Positions 26,261-33,855 of a stretch of DNA of 38,399 nucleotides are shown one piece after another. Both the position numbers and the translations under genes were made by a program. The DNA is from a virus (taxonomy: Duplodnaviria; Caudoviricetes), in IMG/VR virus record IMGVR_UViG_3300027412_000057, positions 1-38,399 of that record, one strand, 5' to 3'. A model generated the notes under the pieces. It ran no database searches. It was not told where the DNA came from and saw only the letters and a list, made by a program, of their open reading frames with translations. Within the stretch, counting starts at the first letter, position 1; each line of letters starts with the position of its first letter.

Positions 26261-26337
26261 TTCATCACCCCGGACGTCCAGCATATCAAGCCCGCACCAG
26301 CAGACACGCGGCCAGATAGAGCAGCGCGGCGCGCAGA

Positions 26338-26562
26338 TTACGGTTCATTTTTAACTCCATATTTGAGTGACAGTAGCTTTGAAAGGGTGGCCGACGCGCC
26401 GATGCTGGCCAGATAGATCAGCCAGATTTCGGCGCTGGCCGTGCCTGCGTAGGCCATGTAACAAAAAGCCACGGTGGCGGCGGCATAGGCGATGTTTGCC
26501 CACAGCTTGGTGTGCGACACCATGCCGGTGCCGGCATCGGTAATCAGATCGGATAGCTTCAT
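26338..26562 (-). CDS. Putative holin (DUF2644-like)
   Basis: DLIT...TG..SHTKLWANIA; two TM segments; follows endolysin. Confidence 0.75.
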   Translation of the reverse strand: MKLSDLITDAGTGMVSHTKLWANIAYAAATVAFCYMAYAGTASAEIWLIYLASIGASATLSKLLSLKYGVKNEP

Positions 26563-26948
26563 GACTTTCTCCAGTTTGCATTTTGGAAGTGCGCCGTCTC
26601 TTTAAAGTTTTTCCACCGTCCTGCCCACACTAGCCCCAACTTTTCGCCAATCGCTCCGGCGCGCAGGTAATCAGGGTCGTTGCCTTTGCCGACATACTTG
26701 CCATTGCGGATAACACCGACATCAAATGCCTCGGCAGCTGGCCTGCCATTAGCGTCATGACAGTTATGTGCGCTCTCTCCCGGCCTGCATTTGGAAGCGC
26801 CGCTATCAAAGGCTTTTTGTTGCTCTGCATCCGGTCGGTGAGTACAGATAATCACCACATCCAATTTTTGAGCGAGACATTCCGCCATGAATTGCTGCGC
26901 GATAACCTGCATCACAGTGGATAGATCACTTATCTTTCGACTCACCAT
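26559..26948 (-). CDS. Endolysin, M15 family peptidase
   Basis: T.R...EQ, S.HN, AFD, G..LGL.W.GRW..F.E..HFQ; start MVSRK at 26948. Confidence 0.88.
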   Translation of the reverse strand: MVSRKISDLSTVMQVIAQQFMAECLAQKLDVVIICTHRPDAEQQKAFDSGASKCRPGESAHNCHDANGRPAAEAFDVGVIRNGKYVGKGNDPDYLRAGAIGEKLGLVWAGRWKNFKETAHFQNANWRKS

Positions 26949-26949
26949 T

Positions 26950-27135
26950 TCAGCCCGCCTTTCGTGGTTTTGATTGAAAACGCACCGGACTGGTGATGCA
27001 TACCTGTAGTCCGTGCGTGTAATGCCCAGCGGGGCGATGCGCGCAGCCGCCATGATCGGGCAGGCGCGCGTCATCGAGCCGCGCCCAGTGGGCGCAGCGA
27101 CCGCAGATGTTTTTGAGTTGTGTTGGGGAAGTCAT
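26950..27135 (-). CDS. Small Cys/His-rich hypothetical protein, first gene of lysis operon
   Basis: C..C.HW...GGC...C; ATG 6 nt after late-promoter -10; stop abuts endolysin start. Confidence 0.65.
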   Translation of the reverse strand: MTSPTQLKNICGRCAHWARLDDARLPDHGGCAHRPAGHYTHGLQVCITSPVRFQSKPRKAG

Positions 27136-27186
27136 GCGCACAGGTTACGCGCGCGCGCGAAGGCGGTTAAGGCGGAACGGGTTCCG
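27136..27186 (-). promoter_or_regulatory. Putative Mor/C-activated late promoter (Plys-like)
   Basis: CGGAACCCGTTCCG (27173-27186), 25 nt, -10 TAACCT (27142-27147), 6 nt, ATG. Confidence 0.82.
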
Positions 27187-27187
27187 T

Positions 27188-27243
27188 CACTCAGCAACAG
27201 CAGGTTTACCTGCGTCGTTGCGTGGGACTGCCCTTGCGGCAGT
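27188..27243. repeat. 56-nt structured element, copy C
   Basis: CACTCAGCAACA-GCAGGTTTACCTGC-GTCGTTGCGTGGG-ACTGCC-CTTGC-GGCAGT. Confidence 0.9.
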
Positions 27244-27247
27244 AGTG

Positions 27248-27309
27248 GTAGGGTGGGCATTTGCCCACGCGGAAGAATCAGGTGGGCAAATGAAACCTGC
27301 CCACCCTAC
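27248..27309. repeat. GTAG-type REP doublet (REPIN-like)
   Basis: GTAGGGTGGGCA-TT-TGCCCAC ... GTGGGCA-N9-TGCCCACCCTAC, two inverted REP-like units. Confidence 0.75.
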
Positions 27310-27344
27310 GCGATTACGCGATGCGCGCTAGGCGTGCATCACCG

Positions 27345-27845
27345 TTAATTAAGGCTCTTGTCTCCGCGCACAAATGACCCGGAATAGGGAGTTCTTGCTA
27401 TTTTTACAAATAACCTTCCATCTGAGCGGATTGCTCCTGACAATGCAGTACCTTTGACACGGATACCGTAGAACCTATCTCCGCTATCTGAATATTTGTC
27501 CGTAAATACTTCGTAATGCTGTATTTCCTTTGCTCCCCATTGGTTATCACGGGGCGAAGCTGTCTGTTCAATCAGTACGCCATCAGGCTTAATTTCCCAG
27601 CGCATCCACTCCAATAGGCTATCGTCAGTAATTGGCTGTGAATATACCCAAGTCCCCACGATAAACCGCTGGGCATCAGCAATATTTTTAATATCCTTGG
27701 CTTTAATTACTTCTTCAGGTGTGACTAGCTGATTTTCTTGAGATTTACTATCAAATCCACCGCTTGCCATAAACCAAACAAACAAAGCCATTCCAGCCAA
27801 TGAAAAGAAAACCTCTTTACCGCTCAGTATCCGCTTCATGCTCAT
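27345..27845 (-). CDS. Hypothetical membrane-anchored protein (low-GC moron)
   Basis: N-terminal TM then soluble beta-rich domain; AT-rich; GGGAG RBS. Confidence 0.75.
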   Translation of the reverse strand: MSMKRILSGKEVFFSLAGMALFVWFMASGGFDSKSQENQLVTPEEVIKAKDIKNIADAQRFIVGTWVYSQPITDDSLLEWMRWEIKPDGVLIEQTASPRDNQWGAKEIQHYEVFTDKYSDSGDRFYGIRVKGTALSGAIRSDGRLFVKIARTPYSGSFVRGDKSLN

Positions 27846-27875
27846 GATCTTCTCCCTTTGTTAAAATTCTGCACC

Positions 27876-28253
27876 TTAAAACAATCCCACCTGCCTGTCA
27901 TCCACCTCCGCGCCCAATACCTTACGCACCGTCCTGTCGGTGGTGCGCAGTTCGCGGGCGATCTGTTTCTGGCTCAAACCTTGCGCGGCCAGTTCGCGGA
28001 TCCGCGCGCGACGCTGGGCGGCGTGAGTGGCGTGGTCACCTGTGGTATTCAGCGCGATACTGATCACTTCACCCGGATAAGCCTGCGCCAGCTTGCGTGC
28101 GGCTTCAACACCGATCAGTGTGGCAAGCGGGTGTTGTTCGGTCATCTTTGCCGGGACATACAGCGGCGTGCCACCGTGCTCTTCAACCAGCAGCAGAGTG
28201 GCTTTCAATCCGATGATCTCGGTCAGGCCGTAGAGAAAGGGCGATAGGTTCAT
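27876..28253 (-). CDS. Mor/C family late transcription activator
   Basis: L.EIIG..A.L.LV...GGT.LYVP, HPLA.LIG.EAA..L, C-terminal HTH; upstream of lysis genes. Confidence 0.85.
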   Translation of the reverse strand: MNLSPFLYGLTEIIGLKATLLLVEEHGGTPLYVPAKMTEQHPLATLIGVEAARKLAQAYPGEVISIALNTTGDHATHAAQRRARIRELAAQGLSQKQIARELRTTDRTVRKVLGAEVDDRQVGLF

Positions 28254-28705
28254 GGTTTGTTCTCCATTACGGAGCGTTGCTGCTGATAGGACAGCGCGGC
28301 GATGATCTTGCCGAGCTGCTGCGGGGTGCACCACTCGAAACGATCTACCTTGAACATGTGGCGGCTCATGCCGTCGGCATAGGCATCCGGCTTGTTGTCC
28401 AGGGCGATCAGTAGTGCGCGTATCTTGGCCACCAGAGCGGCCTTATCGGCGGCGGGGCGGGGGCGGGCGCTCGTGCCGGCACGCTTGGCCACTACCTTGA
28501 AGCCGCTGGCCTTCATGTGGTCGAGCACATTCTTACGCCCGGCAAAATCCAGCTCAGTCGAACTCTTCACCCGCGCCACCGCCCACAGCATGGCGCGATA
28601 AGTGTCGTCATCCATGCCGAGCTTCTGCCTGGCGACATGGATCAGTGTGATCTCACGCCGCACGATGTCGGCTTGCTTGAATTTGGCTGGGTATTGGTTG
28701 CTCAT
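28250..28705 (-). CDS. gemA: GemA/gp16 family protein (DUF1018)
   Basis: IHVA...LGMDDDTYR..L, V.SS..L, KIRAL. Confidence 0.88.
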   Translation of the reverse strand: MSNQYPAKFKQADIVRREITLIHVARQKLGMDDDTYRAMLWAVARVKSSTELDFAGRKNVLDHMKASGFKVVAKRAGTSARPRPAADKAALVAKIRALLIALDNKPDAYADGMSRHMFKVDRFEWCTPQQLGKIIAALSYQQQRSVMENKP

Positions 28706-29109
28706 GACTTTTCAATCAACTCAACTGATTCACATACCCGGCACAGGTGATTGATGGCGGCTTTTCCGCTTGCCCAGTCAGGCATGTAACAGGTATAGAT
28801 TTTGCTGTAATACGGATCGGCAGCAAAACGACGCTTGCCCATGATCTTTTCAATCTTTTTCTTCTGGATGGGGGAGCAAACAGGTTTATTCACTTTGCGC
28901 AGGAATTTTGATTCGGGAGATTGGCTATCAACCATGCACCACACCCCCTTGAATACCCCATCGACATAAGTCATGACGCGGTAAGCCATTGCACTGGTGC
29001 GTTCTACAGCCAATGTGATGCGCGAACCATCGCACATCAGTTCTACTAACCCATAGGGATTCGATATCTTTTGAATCGCCAGCTCTTTTTGCTCTTTGCT
29101 CAATTTCAT
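28702..29109 (-). CDS. Hypothetical phage protein
   Basis: GGAG RBS; stop overlaps gemA start. Confidence 0.7.
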   Translation of the reverse strand: MKLSKEQKELAIQKISNPYGLVELMCDGSRITLAVERTSAMAYRVMTYVDGVFKGVWCMVDSQSPESKFLRKVNKPVCSPIQKKKIEKIMGKRRFAADPYYSKIYTCYMPDWASGKAAINHLCRVCESVELIEKS

Positions 29110-29149
29110 GATCATCTCCAACGTTCATTCAGCGTTAAACTATCTCTCG

Positions 29150-29173
29150 CAGCCCGCTATTTTTAACGGGCTG
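29150..29173. terminator. Hairpin after HU gene
   Basis: CAGCCCG...CGGGCTG inverted repeat. Confidence 0.35.
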
Positions 29174-29184
29174 GAAGCGAATGT

Positions 29185-29472
29185 TTAGTTGCTGTTCGCC
29201 GCATCCTTCAGCGCTTTGGCTGCACCGAAATGTGGTTTGTTTTTGGCTGGGATTTGCATCTCCACACCCGTTGCCGGATTGCGGCCAATGCGTGCCGGAC
29301 TCTGCTTGACGCTCAGCTTGCCGATGCCGGGCAGTATGACTTCACCGCCTTGCTGCATTTCTGCCTGTGCAATATCACCTACAGCCTCCAGCACGAATTT
29401 GATGGCCGTTTTGGAAACGCCCGTATTCGCGTGATGTGCTGCGATTGCGTCGATCAGTTCTTTTTGGTTCAT
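29185..29472 (-). CDS. HU-family DNA-binding protein
   Basis: MNQKELIDAIA, V.LPG.GK, AR.GRNPATG....IPAK..P.F...KALKDA. Confidence 0.93.
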   Translation of the reverse strand: MNQKELIDAIAAHHANTGVSKTAIKFVLEAVGDIAQAEMQQGGEVILPGIGKLSVKQSPARIGRNPATGVEMQIPAKNKPHFGAAKALKDAANSN

Positions 29473-29514
29473 GTTGTTTCTCCTATGGTTTTGCCCAGTT
29501 GGGCGGTTAAAAAA

Positions 29515-29769
29515 TTACGACATCTGTACCTGATCAAGGCCTACCCAGCCGGGACCTGCGTTATCAGCCACCTGCACCTCCTCAATCGAGATATTCAAGA
29601 AAAATCCATTCTCCAAGTTCAGGCGAACCGGGGATTGAAGTGAAGTAAACCCTATTTTTCTCATGGCAATCTCCAATATGTGATCAATATCAGATACAAA
29701 TAAATCACCATTAAATTGATCATCGTGCAGCACTGAATACCTGAGCTCTTCCAAAGTGACGTCAATCAT
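29515..29769 (-). CDS. Hypothetical acidic protein, low GC
   Basis: ATG overlaps gam stop; fills intergenic space. Confidence 0.55.
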   Translation of the reverse strand: MIDVTLEELRYSVLHDDQFNGDLFVSDIDHILEIAMRKIGFTSLQSPVRLNLENGFFLNISIEEVQVADNAGPGWVGLDQVQMS

Positions 29770-30293
29770 TACGCGGCCTCCTGCTCGAACGGGGTAATCA
29801 CAAAGTCTTCCACACCGGTGACAACACTGATTCCCGCCACGCCTTTGACGGCATCAGGTTCATTGAGGATGGCGTCTTTGTTGACTTCTTCCTTGGTGCG
29901 CACGAAGCGATCCAGGCCAAAGCCCTTCAATGCCTCGATCACGCTGTCTGCCCCTCTCACCGACACGCTGGGCGGACGCTGACGCCACTGCACTTCGCCG
30001 GTGACCAGATTGGCGGTCTTGACGCGACCGTTGTTGGTCAAATCAGCGCGGTTGGCTTCGCACCAGGCTTGCAGCCCTTCCTGACGCGTGCCTATGTCGC
30101 CCTTGAGCAGTTCCAGACGCGGCTGGTAGGTCTCGGTGAGGTGGGCGATGGCATCGTTCATCTCGGCCTGTTCACGCAGCATCTTGCGTTGCAGGTCGCC
30201 GATCTGACGGATGTACTGCGCAGCTTCGTCTCTGGATTGCGGCACGTCCAGTTGCGCTTTGGCTTTGATGCGGTTTTTTATTGCAGCCATCAT
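29769..30293 (-). CDS. gam: Host-nuclease inhibitor Gam (Mu gam family)
   Basis: WCEANR..LT..G.VKTANL.TGEV.WR.RPPSV, F.RTKEEVNK.AIL, EDFVI.PFE. Confidence 0.95.
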   Translation of the reverse strand: MMAAIKNRIKAKAQLDVPQSRDEAAQYIRQIGDLQRKMLREQAEMNDAIAHLTETYQPRLELLKGDIGTRQEGLQAWCEANRADLTNNGRVKTANLVTGEVQWRQRPPSVSVRGADSVIEALKGFGLDRFVRTKEEVNKDAILNEPDAVKGVAGISVVTGVEDFVITPFEQEAA

Positions 30294-30313
30294 GTTTCCT
30301 TTCGGGTGTAGCG

Positions 30314-30637
30314 TTAGGTTGGTAGATGTAGCTGCCCGATCAGATCGGCCAGCGGGATACGTTTCAGCTTGGCTTCCAGCGTCAGGCTATGCATCGCCCG
30401 GTTGTGCAGGAAGTCGCAGGTGGTTTGCAGCTCATCCGCCGTGGCGGCGATGTAATAGCCGTCTCTGGGCGTGCCACAGATGGCGTGGCCGTCTTCGCGC
30501 AGATCGCTGATATACGTGCGGATGATGCGCGGGAATAGGTCGAGCTGACGGGCAAGCTCTTTCATGCCGATCCCATTGCCACAACCGACATGGCGGGACA
30601 GAACGGTGAGCACCAGAGCACAGCTTTTATTCGACAT
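30314..30637 (-). CDS. Winged-helix DNA-binding protein
   Basis: H.G..NGI....LA, R.IR..I..LR..G..IC..P..GYYIA....EL. Confidence 0.8.
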   Translation of the reverse strand: MSNKSCALVLTVLSRHVGCGNGIGMKELARQLDLFPRIIRTYISDLREDGHAICGTPRDGYYIAATADELQTTCDFLHNRAMHSLTLEAKLKRIPLADLIGQLHLPT

Positions 30638-30639
30638 GA

Positions 30640-31191
30640 CTAACCCCCCCTCGTTGATTTAAGTATTTCCTTGACCGATTGAGGCATCACCGAACGAGGC
30701 TGGCTCACCTCGATCAGGACTGGTTTTACGTCGGGCGATGGCGTGTGATGCGACACGCCGCCCACCGGTGTGCGGCCTGCCAGCTTGTCTTCGTGCTGCT
30801 GCTCGCGGCGCTGGTCAGCCTTGAGGCCGTAGCCTTCGATGATGGTTAGCAGATAGCCGTGGCTTTTCAGCGGCAGGGTGAGTGTGTCGCGCTTAGCCAG
30901 CATGTCGTCCATCGCCATACGCCAGTAATCCTGCGGTGCAGAACAGGTACGGCCATTGCGCTCAATCCTGGCTGATGTAATCATCGGCAACAGTTCGTTG
31001 ATCAGGTTGGCCACACGATCCAGCGACAGTTGCCGCTGTGCCGGACGGAACAGCGCGATGTAGCGGATCATGTGCCAGCCCAGCGGGGCAGGTAGCTGCA
31101 TCGCCGCCATTACCGCTTCGCGCGCACCTTCATTGCCGAGCAGCGCATCGAGGCTGAACAACGCACCACATGCTGGGCAGGCGAGTTTCAT
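30640..31191 (-). CDS. Conserved Mu-like hypothetical protein
   Basis: CPACGA..SLD.L, Y..LFRP....L...R, L.LPLK.HGYL. Confidence 0.8.
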   Translation of the reverse strand: MKLACPACGALFSLDALLGNEGAREAVMAAMQLPAPLGWHMIRYIALFRPAQRQLSLDRVANLINELLPMITSARIERNGRTCSAPQDYWRMAMDDMLAKRDTLTLPLKSHGYLLTIIEGYGLKADQRREQQHEDKLAGRTPVGGVSHHTPSPDVKPVLIEVSQPRSVMPQSVKEILKSTRGG

Positions 31192-31247
31192 TCAGCAATC
31201 GGAGCATTAGCTCCGCCCCTGCGTGGGAAGACCCTTGCGGTTTTCAT
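31188..31247 (-). CDS. Possible 19-aa coupling peptide MKTARVFPRRGGANAPIAE
   Basis: ATGA overlaps at both ends; encoded by element copy D. Confidence 0.4.
   Translation of the reverse strand: MKTARVFPRRGGANAPIAE
31189..31244. repeat. 56-nt structured element, copy D (divergent)
   Basis: CATTCAGCAATC-GGAGCATTAGCTCC-GCCCCTGCGTGGG-AAGACC-CTTGC-GGTTTT. Confidence 0.85.
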
Positions 31248-32059
31248 GCAAGTGTCCCCTCAGGCATTCTCACCCCATCCGGCATAACGCGCGCCATGAA
31301 GCGATCTAGCCGCGCCACCTGCGCCGGATCGAGGCGGAATACCTCGTCGCCCAAGTTGATGAACAGGCTGTAATCGTCAGACAGCATCAAGCTGAATTCG
31401 CCCGCGTCTATGGCATCTGCCCGCACGTTAATCGGCTTGGCTGGGGTGGCGGGCTTAACGGTGGGCAATGAGCCCACCCTACCGTGCTTGTCCAGATATG
31501 CCTGTGCTTCCCCGGTGGGGAAATACACCCGCTTGGCCAGCACACCCTGCTGGGTGATGGTCTTACTGGTATTGAGTAAATCCCAGATGCATTTGGTCAG
31601 TTTGTTATATGACACATCAGGATGGCTGGCCTGTGCGTCTTCCAGCAGCGCCTCACGGCTGATGCCGGGCTGCTCGACGATCTGGCGCAAGATTCCTAGG
31701 CTGATTACGCCATTGGCGTATTTACGGGGCTTGATGGTTGCGGTGGCAGCGGGTGAGGTGATGCGTGTCATGGTGTCTTCCTTTTTCTCTGATGGTTTAA
31801 CTGGGGTGATATCCTTAGGTGGAGCGATCTTGAAATTGCGCATATTGAATTTCTCAACCCCGCCAGTCAGCCAGTACAAATCACTCCAGACACCACCGCG
31901 CATCACCCGCGCAGTATTGATAGAGGGTGGACGACCCGCGAGCAGACTGGTTATTGCATCATTTACTTCGGCGTCTTTCCCCAAATACTCCAGTTGATCC
32001 CGGTGAAATGGGCGCTGTCCCGAGGTGCCTTTGAGCGCGTTGAGGATGGCAGCTTTCAT
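31244..32059 (-). CDS. Hypothetical protein
   Basis: GAGGAGG RBS; ATGA-type coupling. Confidence 0.75.
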   Translation of the reverse strand: MKAAILNALKGTSGQRPFHRDQLEYLGKDAEVNDAITSLLAGRPPSINTARVMRGGVWSDLYWLTGGVEKFNMRNFKIAPPKDITPVKPSEKKEDTMTRITSPAATATIKPRKYANGVISLGILRQIVEQPGISREALLEDAQASHPDVSYNKLTKCIWDLLNTSKTITQQGVLAKRVYFPTGEAQAYLDKHGRVGSLPTVKPATPAKPINVRADAIDAGEFSLMLSDDYSLFINLGDEVFRLDPAQVARLDRFMARVMPDGVRMPEGTLA

Positions 32060-32355
32060 CTCACCTCCTCATCGTTCCAGCGCACTTCGCAGCCGAAGCG
32101 AATCGCAAACCAGTAGCGCCGCTCGACATTGCCTAGACGCTCGAAGCGATGCACGGCGCCATCCAGCTTTTCGCACAACGGGCTATTCTTGATAAAAACG
32201 CGCGGGTGGCTCTGACCCTTTTGCACACCGGTCACATCGAACCCCTGCGACCGGCACCAATCCACACAGGGTTTGGTGATCTGCGCAACTACTGCGCGTT
32301 CGGTAACAGTCGGAGGGCTACAGGGGCGACGCACTGCATTACTTTGCGGATTCAT
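32056..32355 (-). CDS. Hypothetical protein
   Basis: AAGGA RBS; ATGA overlap. Confidence 0.7.
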   Translation of the reverse strand: MNPQSNAVRRPCSPPTVTERAVVAQITKPCVDWCRSQGFDVTGVQKGQSHPRVFIKNSPLCEKLDGAVHRFERLGNVERRYWFAIRFGCEVRWNDEEVR

Positions 32356-32681
32356 GATGGTTCCTTTGCAGTTTGATTGTTGTATTGGCAGCTCTGGCAG
32401 GTCAGCCAATAGGCTTCCTTGGCGCGACCACCAAACGGGCGCGGTGCGGTTGCACGGCGCTGGCAGTCCGTGCCGCTGATCTCGATGCCGGTATGGCAGC
32501 AGTCGTAGCGGTCGTACTGCGCGCGGATCGCGGCTTCCAGCTTCTCCACGCCTGCGCCGTATTTACCCGACAGATACAGCGACACAGCGGTGCGTGAATA
32601 ACCGACCGCCAGCGCCACAACGGTAATACTGCTGGTATCGCAGGCTTGCTGGCACAGGCCGAAGGTATGCGCGTCATTCAT
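32352..32681 (-). CDS. HTH protein with C-terminal Cys cluster
   Basis: VA..VGYSRTAVSLYLSGKY HTH; C..C..CQSC; GGAGG RBS. Confidence 0.75.
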   Translation of the reverse strand: MNDAHTFGLCQQACDTSSITVVALAVGYSRTAVSLYLSGKYGAGVEKLEAAIRAQYDRYDCCHTGIEISGTDCQRRATAPRPFGGRAKEAYWLTCQSCQYNNQTAKEPS

Positions 32682-33063
32682 CGCATCCTCCGATCGGATA
32701 CAGCGTGCCACTGTTCGGGTCATACACGCTACGCGTCTGTGCCCGCCAAACTGGCGCTTTACGTCCGGCATTGATGATGAGCTGGTAGCGAAACATGCCG
32801 GGGCTGGTGAGTGCGGGTCCCATCACTCGATCAGCGTCGCGCTTGACGATGCCGACCTTTTCCAGCGCGCGTACATACTTTCCGATGTTGCCAAGCGCAT
32901 CGCGCTCAGTGCCATCAGCCAGCGTGGCCAGCAACTCTGGGATGGTGAAGCTGATGCGCTTACGCATCACCCACCAGGCACGCTGACGCAGGCCGATGGT
33001 GACGGTGCGCGGGGATATCCGAGATCCTTGTGGGCGGGCACCCGTTTGGCCTTGATGGCTCAT
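32674..33063 (-). CDS. Putative winged-helix protein
   Basis: RQRAW.VMR....FT..EL, Y.RAL...G, VYDPN.G. Confidence 0.75.
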   Translation of the reverse strand: MSHQGQTGARPQGSRISPRTVTIGLRQRAWWVMRKRISFTIPELLATLADGTERDALGNIGKYVRALEKVGIVKRDADRVMGPALTSPGMFRYQLIINAGRKAPVWRAQTRSVYDPNSGTLYPIGGCDE

Positions 33064-33791
33064 TTTTCACCCCGTTTCAGGCTCTTCATCGCGTCTTCGC
33101 ACAGGCGAATACCCTTAATGTCGGTGGCGGTAACCTGTTGCAGTGCTTTCTTTCCGGCAATCGCTTCCAGTGTGCGCCCGGCGTTGCTCATCAGGCGGTA
33201 GCGCCCGCTCGATTGCGCGTGTACCAGTTGCGCCACGCTGTGATCTACGCCCACCTCGCACAGTGCGTTCAAGTAGGCCAGGCAGTCGTCCACGCTGGCA
33301 ACCTTCAACTCTGGTGCGGCGGATACGCGGGTGGCGACGTGTGCCAGGCGATGCTCGCTGAAACGATGCTTCTCGGAGGTGTGGCAGATCAGCACCAGCA
33401 GGGTGTTGGCCGTCTCGGCGATGCGGCGCAGGTATTCGATGCACTCGGCTTTATTGGGCAGGCCGTGCTGCGCCTCATCCAGGATGATCGGTTGACGGTT
33501 GGCGCGGAAAAACTCCACCGTGCCCTTGTATTGGTCAAACTTTTTACGACCGATCACGCCAGTCTGGTCGGCCAGATAATCACGCAAAAATGACAGGCTC
33601 ATGCCCGGCACGCCTTCCAGATAAATCGCATCTACCGATGCGCCCCAGTTGTCCACCGTGCAGCTTTTACCCGTGCCCGGTTCACCCGTCAGCAGCAGGA
33701 TGCATGCCTCCGGGCTGCCGCGATTTTCTACCGCCGCCACGGCGGCCATGAACTGGCGGTGATTGCTTGTTTCCACAAAATGCTGTTTCAC
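33060..33791 (-). CDS. Transposition protein B-like AAA+ ATPase
   Basis: Walker A GEPGTGKS, Walker B IILDE; follows transposase. Confidence 0.9.
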   Translation of the reverse strand: MKQHFVETSNHRQFMAAVAAVENRGSPEACILLLTGEPGTGKSCTVDNWGASVDAIYLEGVPGMSLSFLRDYLADQTGVIGRKKFDQYKGTVEFFRANRQPIILDEAQHGLPNKAECIEYLRRIAETANTLLVLICHTSEKHRFSEHRLAHVATRVSAAPELKVASVDDCLAYLNALCEVGVDHSVAQLVHAQSSGRYRLMSNAGRTLEAIAGKKALQQVTATDIKGIRLCEDAMKSLKRGEK

Positions 33792-33855
33792 TGTTAAACT
33801 CCTCTTTAGTGACTTCCGTTGCTACTGCTTCAAAAAGGCCGTTGGTTAATTCGAG

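Noticed and set aside
26286-26348. 20-codon hydrophobic ORF MNRNLRAALLYLAACLLVRA between holin and Rz
   Set aside because: Too short to support; may be a remnant
12562-31244. CRISPR array from the repeated TGCGTGGGACTGCCCTTGCGGCAG
   Set aside because: Copies are kilobases apart with no spacers and no cas genes
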